Positions 12,473 to 24,150 are shown, counted from the first letter of the whole stretch. The stretch is 63,984 nucleotides of DNA, filler included, from Octopus bimaculoides (GCF_001194135.2; 6 parts of 6 records of this genome joined end to end with filler, not necessarily neighbours in it); one strand, 5' to 3'. Notes: generated by a model not told the origin, from the letters alone. Numbers and translations are program-made.

Positions 12473-12823
12473 CTTGATGAGAGTTGCTTTAATGCGTTGC
12501 CAGAGGATATACAAGAAGAAATGAAGATGGCCATAACTGACCGACAGAACAGGAAAAACAACATGGAAGGCGATGACCAGCTGGAGCCACCGTTATTATT
12601 GTCACCGTCCAAAGGGGGCTACAGTGAAGTTCATTTGAAGCCTCTGGCTTTAATGTCACCCACGAAAAAGTCAATGAAACCCACTAAGAAGAGGTCCCCA
12701 TCCAAGAAGGGATCACCTTCAAAAAAGAGGTCCCCTGCCAAGAGGAGCCCTAATTTCAAAGTTCCTCAGGGACGACCTAAGAAAAATCAAAAATCTTTGA
12801 ATAATTTATCGAATATCAGAAAA
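12473..12823 (+). CDS. REV1: REV1 coding exon 6 (UBM plus basic SP/K-rich region)
   Basis: CAG acceptor 12470-12472, GTGAGT donor 12824, phase 0 to 0. LDESCFNALPEDIQEEMK (UBM with the LP core) then SPTKK/SPSKK/SPAKR repeats; frame of track ORF 12497-12838. Confidence 0.92.
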
Positions 12824-12869
12824 GTGAGTAAATTTTAGTTTTATAATGAATCAATCAAATAGATTTATT

Positions 12870-13315
12870 GTTTCCTCACTCCTTCCCTCTCCCCTTTATT
12901 CCTTTACCCCCTTTATTCTCTCCCTACTTATTCCCTACTCCATTCTCCCTACACTATTCCTCCACCCTGCCAATTCTGTTACTCTACTCCTTAATGTCAC
13001 TCCATTCTTCCACTCCGTTTCCTCACTCCATTCCTCCATGTCATTTTTCCATACCATCCTTCCATCCACCCTCCATTCCTTCACTCCGTTCCACTTTTCT
13101 TTCCTCCACTGCACTCCCTACTCATTCCCCCATGGCATTTCCCTACTCCATTCCTCCACTCCTCCATTTCATTTCTTGGCTCCCCCATTTCATTCTCTCA
13201 CTCTTCCTCCACCCACACTCCATTCCTCCACCCCACCTCATTCCTCCACCCCCACTCCATTCCTCCACCCCATTCCTCCATTCCATTCCCCCACTCCACT
13301 GAACCCCCCTCCACT
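12870..13315 (+). repeat. Pyrimidine-rich degenerate tandem tract (CTCCATTC/CCACTCC units) in REV1 intron
   Basis: About 450 bp almost lacking G, with recurring CACTCCATTCCTCC units. Confidence 0.8.
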
Positions 13316-13395
13316 ATATAAATCCATATATCAATGCGACCAGCTGTAATTGTTTCATTATTATACACACTGTTGTTGTTGTTGTTATATTCCAG

Positions 13396-13591
13396 AACTT
13401 GTTCCTGTATGGTGACCATCTCCACCTACAGCCAAAGATGGAAGTGAGGGAAGAGGAAGGGGCGAAGACAGAGAAGGAACTGAAAGAAGGAAAAGAGAGG
13501 GAGAAACAGTGCCAGGCTGCGAGTCTGTGTGGTGCTGTGACGATAGAACAAGTACGCAGCTTACTGAGTGAGTGGTTGCAACCATCGCGGG
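13396..13591 (+). CDS. REV1: REV1 coding exon 7 (start of C-terminal domain)
   Basis: CAG acceptor 13393-13395, GTAAGT donor 13592, phase 0 to 1. ...AASLCGAVTIEQVRSLLSEWLQ matches the REV1-CTD LxGAV...VxxLLxEW motif. An in-frame alternative acceptor (CAG ending 13431) cannot be excluded. Confidence 0.88.
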
Positions 13592-14329
13592 GTAAGTTGA
13601 TCATCATCACCACCACCATCACCAACGCCAACACCACAACCACCACAATGATCTCCTCCAAAAGAAAATACCTCCAAGAAGCATTAGCATTGCCAGAACC
13701 ACTATCACAGCCACTACCCTAACCACCACCTCCACCACAACCTCCCATCACCACCACCATTACCACTTCCTCCTCTCCCCTATGACATCATCACCATGAC
13801 CTTCACGGCCTTCATGTCCACTACTATCACCACCACTCCACAATGTCAGTGTTTTGTTGGCTTTTATTTAGTTGAGGGTGCGTGTGGGACAGAATTTTAC
13901 TATTCTACTATTGTGTGTATGTATATATGTGTGTGTGTGTGTGTGAACGTACATGGCTTATTGGTTTGGGGTATTCAGCTCATGATTGCAAGGTTGTGAG
14001 TTCGATTTCCAGCAGCGCATTGTGTCATTGACCAAGGCACTTTATTTCACGTTGCAACACTCAGCTGGTAAAAGCGAGTTGTACCAGTAATTCAAAAGGG
14101 CCAGCCTTGTCACATTCTGTGTCACACTGAATCTCTCTGAGAACTATGTTAAGTCAATGCATGTCTAGGGAGTTCTTAGCCACTTGCACATTAATTTCAT
14201 GAGCACGTTAATTCCCATTGATTGGATCAACTGGCACCCTTGTCATTGTAACTGATGGAGTGCTATATATTTAATAATGAAATGATTGTATACAGTGCTC
14301 AGGTGCACTACAACTTGTCAAAAGTGCAC

Positions 14330-14600
14330 ATAAAGCATCTGCAGTAATGTACAAATGTCTGGAAAGTGAACAGTGTATGAGTCAGATACATGCTTGCGTG
14401 TGTATGGAGGGGAGAAAATCAGGTGTAGTGTTGGCGAATCTCAGGAAGCATGGAAGTTTTGAAGGATGCAGTGCTCCGACAACTAACAACTGATGCTGGC
14501 AGATTGTTCCATTCTTCAGCAACTCTTAGCGTGAAAAAGTGTTTCCTAAAGGCATGGAAGCTGTGCTGTTTTCTGACTTTGTAAACATGTCCACAGGTGT
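14330..14600 (-). mobile_element. CR1/L2-clade LINE 3' end
   Basis: Minus ORF 14419-14616 ends RKHFFTLRVAEEWNNLPASVVSCRSTASFK, the typical CR1/L2 ORF2 C-terminus (FFxxRVxxxWNxLP). Confidence 0.8.
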
Positions 14601-15654
14601 ATGTGTGTTTGTACATATAATTATATATGCATACTTATCTCAAGATGTAACAGCTTTCTGTTGAAACTCCTGAGTAAAAGACCAAGGGACCATCTTAAAC
14701 AAACTATATGTGTGTGTGTGTGTGTGTATAAATATATATAAGGCGGCGAGCTGGCAGAAACGTTAGCACGCCGGGCGAAATGCTTAGTGGTATTTCATCT
14801 GCTGTTACGTTCTGAGTTCAAATTCCGCCGAGGTCGACTTTGCCTTTCATCCTTTCGGGGTCAATAAAATTAAGTACCAGTTGCGTTCTGGGTCGATCTA
14901 ATTGACTGGCACCCTTCCCCAAAGTTTCAGGCCTTGTGCCTAGAGTAGAAAAGTATATAAATATNNNNNNNNNNNNNNNNNNNNNNNNNNNNNNNNNNNN
15001 NNNNNNNNNNNNNNNNNNNNNNNNNNNNNNNNNNNNNNNNNNNNNNNNNNNNNNNNNNNNNNNNNNNNNNNNNNNNNNNNNNNNNNNNNNNNNNNNNNNN
15101 NNNNNNNNNNNNNNNNNNNNNNNNNNNNNNNNNNNNNNNNNNNNNNNNNNNNNNNNNNNNNNNNNNNNNNNNNNNNNNNNNNNNNNNNNNNNNNNNNNNN
15201 NNNNNNNNNNNATAAGGATAAAAAATTTTTTAATTTTTTGAATAAAATTTTATCCTTATATTAGAAGTAAATATATATATATATATATATATTTAAGGAT
15301 AAAATTTTATTGAAAAAAATTAAAAATTTTTTTCAAAAAAAATTTTATCAGTTGCCAGCATATTAAAATGTTTTTTTAGGTGAAAATTATAAACAATTAT
15401 AAATAAGGGCAAAAGAAGAAAAAATTCTATGCCAATATGCTGAAAAAATAGACTTTATATCGTCTAATCACATACAATATTTTTCACTAATAAATACACA
15501 GCGTATTGAAACGAGGAAAGCAAGCTAACAGAAATTTTGGATTAACCCAGAAATTGGTTTGATTCGGGGATAACGGAATTAAAAAAAATTTCTGTTAGCT
15601 TGCTTTCCCCATTTCAACACGCTCTGTATTTATAATGAAAAATATTGTATGTGA

Positions 15655-16346
15655 GCTGAGGTGGTGAGGCAAGACCTTCGAATATTGGGCCTCACCGAGG
15701 CGATGACTTCTGACCGAGATCTTTGGAAATATGCTGTGCGTGAGAAGACCTGGCAAGCCAAGTGAGACCTAAATCCAAGGCCTCTGCCAGGGGTGTAGCC
15801 AGCCCACTTATGCGTACCTTTCCTTCATTGGACACTAAACTCCGCTTGCGAAGACCTGTTGAGGCAAGTGAAATCGNNNNNNNNNNNNNNNNNNNNNNNN
15901 NNNNNNNNNNNNNNNNNNNNNNNNNNNNNNNNNNNNNNNNNNNNNNNNNNNNNNNNNNNNNNNNNNNNNNNNNNNNNNNNNNNNNNNNNNNNNNNNNNNN
16001 NNNNNNNNATTGGGATGGCACCTGTGCCCATGACATGTGTAAGAATTTTCGAGCGAGATCGTTGCCAGTGCCCCTGGACTGGCTCTTGTGTGGATGGCAC
16101 ATAAAATACACCATTTTGAGCGTGGCCGTTGCCAGTACCACCTGACTGGCCTTCATGCGGGTGACACGTAAAAGCACCCACTACACTCTCTGAGTGGTTG
16201 GCGTTTAGGAAGGGCATCCAGCCATAGAAACTCTGCCAAATCAGATTGGAGCCTGGTGTAGCCATCTGGTTTCACCAGTCTTCAGTCAAATCGTCCAACC
16301 CATGCTAGCATGGAAAGCGGACGTTAAACGATGATGATGATGATGA
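15655..16346 (+). mobile_element. 5'-truncated RTE LINE (ORF2 C-terminus, 3' UTR and GAT tail) nested in a foldback element
   Basis: RQDLRILGLTEAMTSDRDLWKYAVREKTWQAK* followed by family D sequence and (GAT)n; this links family D to RTE. Short flanking duplication ATGTG. Confidence 0.8.
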
Positions 16347-17196
16347 TGTGGTTAGACAATAGAAAGTCTATTTTTACAGCATAGGAATTTTTTTCTTTTG
16401 CCCTTATTTATAATTATATATACATATATATATATGTATATGTATGTATGTATTTGTGTTTCTGTGTTTGTCCTCCCACCATTGCTTAACAACTGATGTT
16501 GGTGTGTTTACATCCCCATATCTTAGCAGTTCGGCAAAGACCAATAAAATAAGTACTAGGCTTCCAGAAAATAAGTCTTGGGGACAATTTGTTCAACTAA
16601 AGGTGGTGCTCCAGCATGGCCACAGTCAAATGACTGAAACAAGTAAAAGACTAAAAGAATATATACATATATTTGTGTGTGTATGTATGTATATCATTTG
16701 TATTGATTGGGACTTTAAGTTTCACCTCACAGTTGAATGTTTAATAAGCCATTGGGCAAAATTTCAAAGTCCCAGTCAACACAAATTTTACTGTAATCTT
16801 GACTTTCCTCTCACTATTGTATCCTCCCTTCCCCTTACCTTCAGTAAATGTTCTGTTGTTTTCTGAAGCTTGTTTTAAAATGATTCTGGCCAATGCATCC
16901 TGGTTCTTTTACGAACATGGTCGATGCCAGTGCTGCTTGACTGGCTCTTGTGCCAGTAGCATGCAAAAAGCGCCATTCAAGCATGGTCGATGCCAGTGCT
17001 GCCTGACTGGCTCCTATGCTGGTGGCACGTAAAAAGTGGTCGGCATTAGGGAGGACATCCAGCTGTAGAAACCTTGCCAGAGGCAGCCTCCTGACTTGCC
17101 ACTCCTCAGTGAAAACCATCCAACCCATGCGAGTGTGGAAAGCAGACATTAAACGATAATGATGATGATAATGAACCTCAGTTCAACATTTATATA

Positions 17197-17254
<58 letters not shown>

Positions 17255-17300
17255 CGTGTGTATATATATATTATAAATATGTTTGTTTTACTTACTCCAG

Positions 17301-17403
17301 TGCCCTGCCCTGATGATGAGCAGTTTGTGATAAAGTACCTGAAAGATCTCATTTACAGTAAAAATCTGGAACAACTTGACTTGGTGTTGAAGTTCCTCTA
17401 CAG
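17301..17403 (+). CDS. REV1: REV1 coding exon 8 (C-terminal domain)
   Basis: CAG acceptor 17298-17300, GTGAGT donor 17404, phase 1 to 2. (V)PCPDDEQFVIKYLKDLIYSKNLEQLDLVLKFLY(R) matches the CTD KY..DLI..KxLExLDLVxK motif. Confidence 0.95.
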
Positions 17404-17937
17404 GTGAGTATGTGTGTGTATGTATGTATATGTGTGTGTGTGTATAGTTAATTAGTCTAGTGGTACCACTATATCTAGTGGTACCAATATACCAATATGC
17501 TTCATAGTATTAGTAAGCTTTAGCTAATAGCAAAGAGGTGTGAATTGTCTGATATTCCCCATTCTAGGCCCTTAACTGAACTAGAAGGGCAGTACGGAGC
17601 ATAATATTAATCAATAAGTAAATGACAAACAAACAGGAGTCGAGTAATTGCCTTCATTAGCTTATAGCTATTTCTCTTGTAATGAACTGTGCATCCAGAC
17701 TTTAGTGCCAGTACACCATTTCATAGTTTCCTCACAACCATATACACAAACACACACACACACATGCATGAATATATCTGTGTGTGTGTACAAAGATATC
17801 TGATGAAATGGTCTGGTTATGTGATTATATAAAATGATACAGTAGTGAGCAAATAAATAGCCTTTCTAAGGTAGCATTCACAACATAATCTGAACAATAT
17901 CTCTGTTCACATTCATTTATCATCATTATCATATGTA

Positions 17938-18322
17938 TAGGCGCAGGAGTGGTAAATAGCTTGCTTACCAACCACATGGTCCCAGGTTCAGTTCCACTGC
18001 GTGGCACCTTGGGCAAGTGTTTTCTACAATAGCCTCGGGCCGACCAAAGCCTTTGGTAGATGGAAACTGGAAGAAACCTGTCGTATATGTATATATATAT
18101 GTATATATATATATATGTATATGTGTGTACATGTTTGTCCCCCCAACATCGCTTGAAGACCAATGCTCATGTGTTTACGTCCCCGTAACTTAGTTGTTTG
18201 ACAAAAGAGAACGGTAGAATAGGTACTAGGCTTACAAAGAATAAGCTCTGGGGTTGATTTACTTGACTATAAAGGCAGTGCTCCAGCATGGCCACAGTCA
18301 AATGACTGAAACAAGTAAAAGA
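17938..18322 (+). mobile_element. tRNA-headed SINE family B with CORE-like central motif, representative copy
   Basis: Head ..GGTTCAG(T)CCCACTG, motif GTGGCACCTTGGGCAAGTG, internal (TA/TG)n, 3' half ending CAGCATGGCC.CAGTCAAATGACTGAAACAAGTAAAAGA. Other approximate copies: 8700-8870(-), 10793-11165, 16445-16660, 20765-20925(-), 22200-22620(-), 23340-23840, 25930-26060, 34975-35125(-), 41420-41625, 43000-43155, 49840-50430, 62316-62708(-). Confidence 0.9.
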
Positions 18323-18470
18323 GTATATATTTATATATATGAAACACATGTGTTTGTTTGTATGCAGTGTGTGTATGTCTCGGTGTTTGTATGTAAGTGT
18401 ATATATACATATAAATATCCATGTGTAAAATATATATTTAAGTATATGAATTCTTGGTTTTTTGTTGTAG

Positions 18471-18600
18471 AAAAATGGGGAAACTTTCTACTGAAGATTG
18501 GTGGAAAAGTCTGAAGAGAGTTGTTGATGATGTCCAGAGTGTCATGATAGCAGAATATAACACTCCCCTACAGCTTAGTTTCTCTATCCCTGTCACATGA
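18471..18600 (+). CDS. REV1: REV1 terminal coding exon with stop codon
   Basis: TAG acceptor 18468-18470, phase 2. (R)KMGKLSTEDWWKSLKRVVDDVQSVMIAEYNTPLQLSFSIPVT* with TGA 18598-18600; W...D.VQ.V...Y fits the last REV1-CTD helix. The summed exon length of 1649 nt equals 2+549x3, so the frame is consistent. Confidence 0.92.
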
Positions 18601-19370
18601 CCATCACTTAACCATAACCTATCTTGAGGCCTCGTCATCATTTGACCTTACTCATGTCATCACCTGACCATCACTTCACTATCATGTGACTATTTGGTAA
18701 CTGTCAGTTGACCATCACTTTACCATCATGTGACCATTAGCTGAGTGTAAGGTAACTCATCACCTAACTATTGAGTGACCATCACTTTACCATCATCTGA
18801 TCATCTTGTGACCATCACTTTGCCATCAGGTGGCCATCATTTTTCTATAGGCTGACCATCTTGTGACCATCACTTTGCCTTCAGGACTCTATCACTTTAC
18901 CATTGTGTGACCATAAGATGACCATAAGGTAACAATCATGTGAAATTCTGGAGACCATCATTTAATCATGTGATTATAAATTGACCACGAGGTGATCATC
19001 ACTTCATCACTGAGTAACTGTTGGCTGACCATCATGTGACCATCACTTTGCCATTAGGAAGCCATCACTTCATCATTGTGTAAACCATAATGTGACCATC
19101 ACTTCATCACTGAGTGGCCATTGGCTGACCATCATGTAACCGTTGTATAACCATATGAAATTCTAGTGACCATCACTTCACCATCCAGTAACTTTAAGCT
19201 GGTCGTCACCTGACCATAAGCCCATCACTATACCATCACCTCACCATTCAGTGGCTATTGCTTGACCATCACCTGACTATCATGCAAGTATCTGGTAACC
19301 AGTAGCTGACCATCAGTTCATCCAATAACCATTACCTGACCATCATGCAACCATCCTCAAGTGACCAATA
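18598..19370 (+). repeat. Degenerate array of (G)TGACCATCAC(TT) motifs in putative REV1 3' UTR
   Basis: Roughly 20 or more exact or near copies of TGACCATCAC/TGACCATCAT with irregular spacing; the first overlaps the REV1 stop codon. Confidence 0.85.
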
Positions 19371-19371
19371 T

Positions 19372-19377
19372 AGTAAA
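19372..19377 (+). terminator. Candidate REV1 polyadenylation signal (AGTAAA variant)
   Basis: AGTAAA immediately after the 3' motif array, followed by a U/GU-rich tract (about 19400-19470). No transcript data; AATAAA hexamers at 21912, 21941 and 21972 are alternatives. Confidence 0.3.
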
Positions 19378-20369
19378 AGTGTTTTGAGACGAGAAACATC
19401 TTTTTCTTTTTGTCTTTTGTATATTTTTTAAAATTTGATTTTATATTTAATTGTTTTTTCCCTCTCTATTTTGAAGATAATTTTAATGAAGCAAGATTCG
19501 TTAACCTTAATTGATTATCTTAAGACAAATATCAAACCTAATGAGCTCTCGTTGCCTTTCACAATGGCTGCCACCACCAAACAAGTACAATAACACCACC
19601 ACTACAGCCAACAACAACAACAACAACAACAATAATATTACCATCAAAACTCAACCACTAACAACATTACCATCACCTCCACTGCCAACAGTGCCAACAA
19701 CAATAGCACCATTATCACCACCACCACCAACAACAACAAAAATCACCACTACCACCACCACCATTAGCAACAACAACAGTACTACCATTACCCCCACTTG
19801 TCCACGAGAATCATTTCCTCATCTCCGTCTCACCATTTCCGGAAGACCAACAGAAGCCATGGACACAGATTTTCCTTCAGAAGAAAACCATTTAAGGAAA
19901 ATAGGGAGTTACTCTGTTACTAGTTTGTAAGTGGAGTTGAACCAGTTTCTGGTACTCCAGTATGGGCAATACTCCTTATTACTCCCAGTTTCATATTTTA
20001 ATTAATGAAAAAACAAGCAATCATTATCATTTAACATCCACTTTTTCCAAGCTTGCATGGGTCAGACCGAATTTGTTGAGGCAGATTTTCTACAGCTGGA
20101 TGTCCTTCCGGTTTCAGAGCAAAGAAATATTTCCCCATGGCCAGTCATGTTTTCGATGGAAGACTGGAAATGAATAGCGCTGTTTGGACGATGGTGGTGC
20201 TCATTTACAAGCATTGTGTGATGTCTAAACAAGGGTACACACACACACACATTTATGTATATATATATATATATATATGTATATTTATGTATATATGTAA
20301 ATTTATATGTATATTTATGTTTATATGTAGATTTATATATATATATGTATATTTATGTACATATGTGTT

Positions 20370-20463
<94 letters not shown>

Positions 20464-20920
20464 TATATATATACATATATTTATGTATATATGTGTATAT
20501 CTATTTATCTATCTATCTATATATATATATATGTATGTGTGTATGTGTTTTTATATATATATATGTATATGTATATGACGGTGCCACGTAAAAGCACCTA
20601 GCACATTCTATAAAGTGGTTGACATTAGGAGGGGCATCCGGCCATGGAAATTATGCCAAATCAGACTGGGGTCTGGTGCAGCTCCCCAGCTCGCCAACTC
20701 TGGTTAAACTGTCCAACCCATGCCAGCATGAACAATAGACGTTAAATGATGATACATATATATATATGTATGAATGATGGATTTCTTTCAGTTTTCATCA
20801 TCCAAATCCATTGGCAAGGTTTCGGGTGACTTGGGGCTATAGTAGAAGACACTTGCCAAAGGTGGCATGCAGTGGTACTGAACTCAAGACCACATGGTTG
20901 GGAAGCAAGCTTCTCATCAC

Positions 20921-21160
20921 AGTCATGGAAACATGGGCACATTCTGCACTCTGTGATGGGGTTTTCAGCATAGCTGGCTACAATCTGTTCCGCAAAGACT
21001 GCATTAATCGTCGTGGTGGGGGTGTGATGGTCTACGGTCGTTCAAACCTATCGGCAATTCTTTGTGATGATTTGAACCAATCTCAACAGGAAGTATTCTT
21101 CTGCAATATACACATGACCATTTCAACACTTCTACTTGGAGTTGTTTACTGCCCCCCCCA
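20921..21160 (+). mobile_element. LINE apurinic-endonuclease fragment (CR1/L2/Jockey type)
   Basis: VMETW...FSIAGYNLFRKDCINRRGGGVMVY...LLLGVVYCPP matches the APE motifs ETW, GY..FRxDR...GGGV and GxxYxPP. Confidence 0.8.
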
Positions 21161-21983
21161 CCACCACAAAATTATCATCAAGACACACGACTTTTTGATA
21201 TCCTCAGAGTTGCTGCCAGGAAAACAGTCACTATGTGACTGGTACTTTTATTTCATTGCTACCAAAAGGATGGAAGGCAGAGTTGACCTCAGCAGGATTT
21301 GAATTGAAAACATAAAGAGATAGGAGAAATACTATTAATCCTTTTGTCGAATGCTCTAACAATTCTGTCAATCCATCACCCTCAAGAATAATAATGGTTT
21401 TAAATTTTGGCACAAGGCCAGCAACTTCAGAGGAGGCAGGTAAATTGATTACATCGACCCCAGTACTCAACTAGTACTTAATTTATCAACCCCGAAAGGA
21501 TGAAAGGCAAAGTCAACCTCGGCGGAATTTGAACTCAGAACGTAGCGACAGACGAAATACCGCTAAGCATTTCGCCCGGCGTGCTAGCGATTCTGCCAGC
21601 TCACTGCCTCCACTTCAAGAATAAGAAGAAGAAAGTGAAACAATGTTTTCAATACGGCATTATCCAATATGTCCCTTCCTTTTCTTCGACTGTGTGAGGT
21701 GAGGAAGGAATTTGTTGTTATTTCTGGCAGATCATTTGACAACGTAGAGACTCAATCATTGGTTTGTAGGATTCCTCAACTGTGATATCATTTGAAATGT
21801 AGAATCACATATTATGATTCTTTGTAAGATTGCATGAAGTAAATTCTGTGATAATTGTAATTGGAAAAATTAAAATTAATTTCAAAAATTGGGGGGAAAA
21901 AAATCTACAAAAATAAAATTGTTAAATTCTTTGCTTATTGAATAAAATTGTATTTATTTATACTTAAATGAAATAAAGATACA

Positions 21984-22083
21984 CTTCATTTTAATAGCTC
22001 TGAGGAAGCTATAGGATGTTGCACAGGTACTCATCTATGAGTATACTGCTTCTTATAGCTGAAACAGCTGTCAGCTAATGAAG
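21984..22083 (+). ncRNA. Type-I hammerhead ribozyme motif, short palindromic stem III
   Basis: Stem I TAGCT/AGCTA plus CTTCAT/ATGAAG; core CTGAGGA 22000-22006; 10-bp stem II; GAAA 22061-22064; A-CAGCTG-T; GTC triplet ending 22072. Paired by eye. Confidence 0.75.
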
Positions 22084-22408
22084 GTGATTACATAATTCCT
22101 GTTCTCTTGTTGTTCATTAATTAATATTATGTCCTAAAACATAAGTTTATTGAGTTTTAATAGCTGATTATTAGTATCGTTATGTCTAAGCAAAATCATT
22201 TTTTTGTTTTTCTTGTTTCAGTCATTTGACTGCAGCCATGCTGGAGCATCACCTCTAGTCGAACAAATTGACCCCAGGACTTATTCTTTGTAAGCCTAGT
22301 ACTTATTTTATCGGTCACTTTTTGCCGAACCGCTAAGTTACGGGGATGTAAACACACTAACATTGGTTGTCAAGTGATGGTGGAGGACAGACAGACAGAC
22401 ACACACAG

Positions 22409-22454
<46 letters not shown>

Positions 22455-23890
22455 GATGTGCTTCTTTCAGTTTCCGTCTGCCAAATCCACTCACAAGGCT
22501 TTGGTCGGTCCGAAGCTCTAGTAGAAGACACTTGCCCAGGGTGCCGTGCAATGGGACTGAACCTGGAATCATGTGGTTGGGAAGCAAGCTACTTACCACA
22601 CAGCCACGCCTATGCTTGTGTGTGTGTGTTTTTGCTGTTATTGTCTAGGCCCAGGAAATGTATAATGTTGTTGCCATTGTTGTGAAGGCACATGGCTTAG
22701 CAGGGTATTCAGCTCACAAGTGTAAGGTCGTGAGTTCAATACCTGGCAGCACATTGTGTCCTTGAGCAAGACACTTTATTTCATGTTGCCCCAGTCCACT
22801 CAGCTGGCAAAACTGAGTAGTACCTGTATTTCAAAAGGTCAGAATTGTCACATCCACCGTGTCATGCTGAATCACCCTGAGAACTAAATTAAGGTTATCT
22901 GTGTCTGTGGAGTACTCAGCCACTTTCACATTAATTTCACGAGCAGGCTGTTCCATTGATTGGATCAACTGGAACATTCGTCATCATAACTAATGGAGTG
23001 ACACCCTTATTTAAAACAGCAGCTGCTCATCCTGTTTCTTCTTCTTCTTCAGTGGACAATGCAATATCTTTTATGCTGTGGGCTGCCCCACCCCTCCAAT
23101 CCTTACTAAAATAGATTACAAAAAAGAGGCCTCCATCTGAATAAGGGACCACCCTGCACACCCTGACATGCAATGGTTAGTTGTTATCAGGTGCGTTGTT
23201 GCTTGACATCAGATTAACCCTGGTTTAGTAGATTTATATATCATTTTCTTTATGCACATAGTCTCATACACACACACAAACAAACACAATTCATAGACGT
23301 ACATATGCATGTTTTTATATATACACACGTACATGTGCAGGCATGGCTGTGTGGTTAAGAAGCTTGTTTTTCAATTGTGATTTTGGGTTCAGTCTCACTT
23401 CACTGCACCTTGGACATTTCTTTTTCTTCAGTAGTCCTGTGCTGAACGATGCCTTTGGTTAACAGAAACTGTGTGGAAGATTTTCAAGCTTGCTTCCCAA
23501 CTATATGGTCCTGGTTTCAGTTCCACTGTGTGGCACCTTGGGTAAATGTCATCTATTACAGCCTCGGGCCGATCAAAACCTTGCGGGTGGATTTGGTAGA
23601 TGAAAACTGAAAGCTCATCATATATATATATATCTATCACTATATATATATGTGTGTATGCATGCATGTATTTGTGTCTATGTTTGTCTCCCCACCATCG
23701 CTTGACAACCGATGTTGGTGTGTTTACGTCCCTAGAATTTAGCAGTTTGGCAAAACAGACCGATAGAATAAGTACTGGGCTTACAGATAATAAATCCTGG
23801 GGTCGATTTGTTCGACTAAAGGTGGTGCTCCAGCAGGGATAGGAAAGTATTAGATTTCTAAGCTCTAAAATTTACTCCATAATTGCCTGC

Positions 23891-24150
23891 AGGGATATGG
23901 CGTAGTGGTTAAGAGCGCAACCCCAAGATTCTGAGTTTGATTCCAAGCAGTGACTTGAATAATAATAATAATAACATCGAAAAATACCTTAGGAACAAAA
24001 ACTCAGGTTCAAAATTTCCCCAAGACACCTGATGATGGCTGGAGGGTATATCAGCTGAAATGTTGTGTTAACAACAAACAAGATGAGGACAAATATCTGT
24101 CAAATGTAAATAATGCACATAATTCCTCATTTCTCAAATATAGAACTGTA
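23891..24150 (+). mobile_element. tRNA-headed SINE with hammerhead-like 3' region
   Basis: A box TGGCGTAGTGG (23898-23908), B-box-like GAGTTTGATTCC (23933-23944), (AAT)n, then GACAC-CTGATGA-T-GGCTG...CAGCT-GAAA-T-GTT-GTGTT. The 3' part recurs at 44660-44860. Confidence 0.7.
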
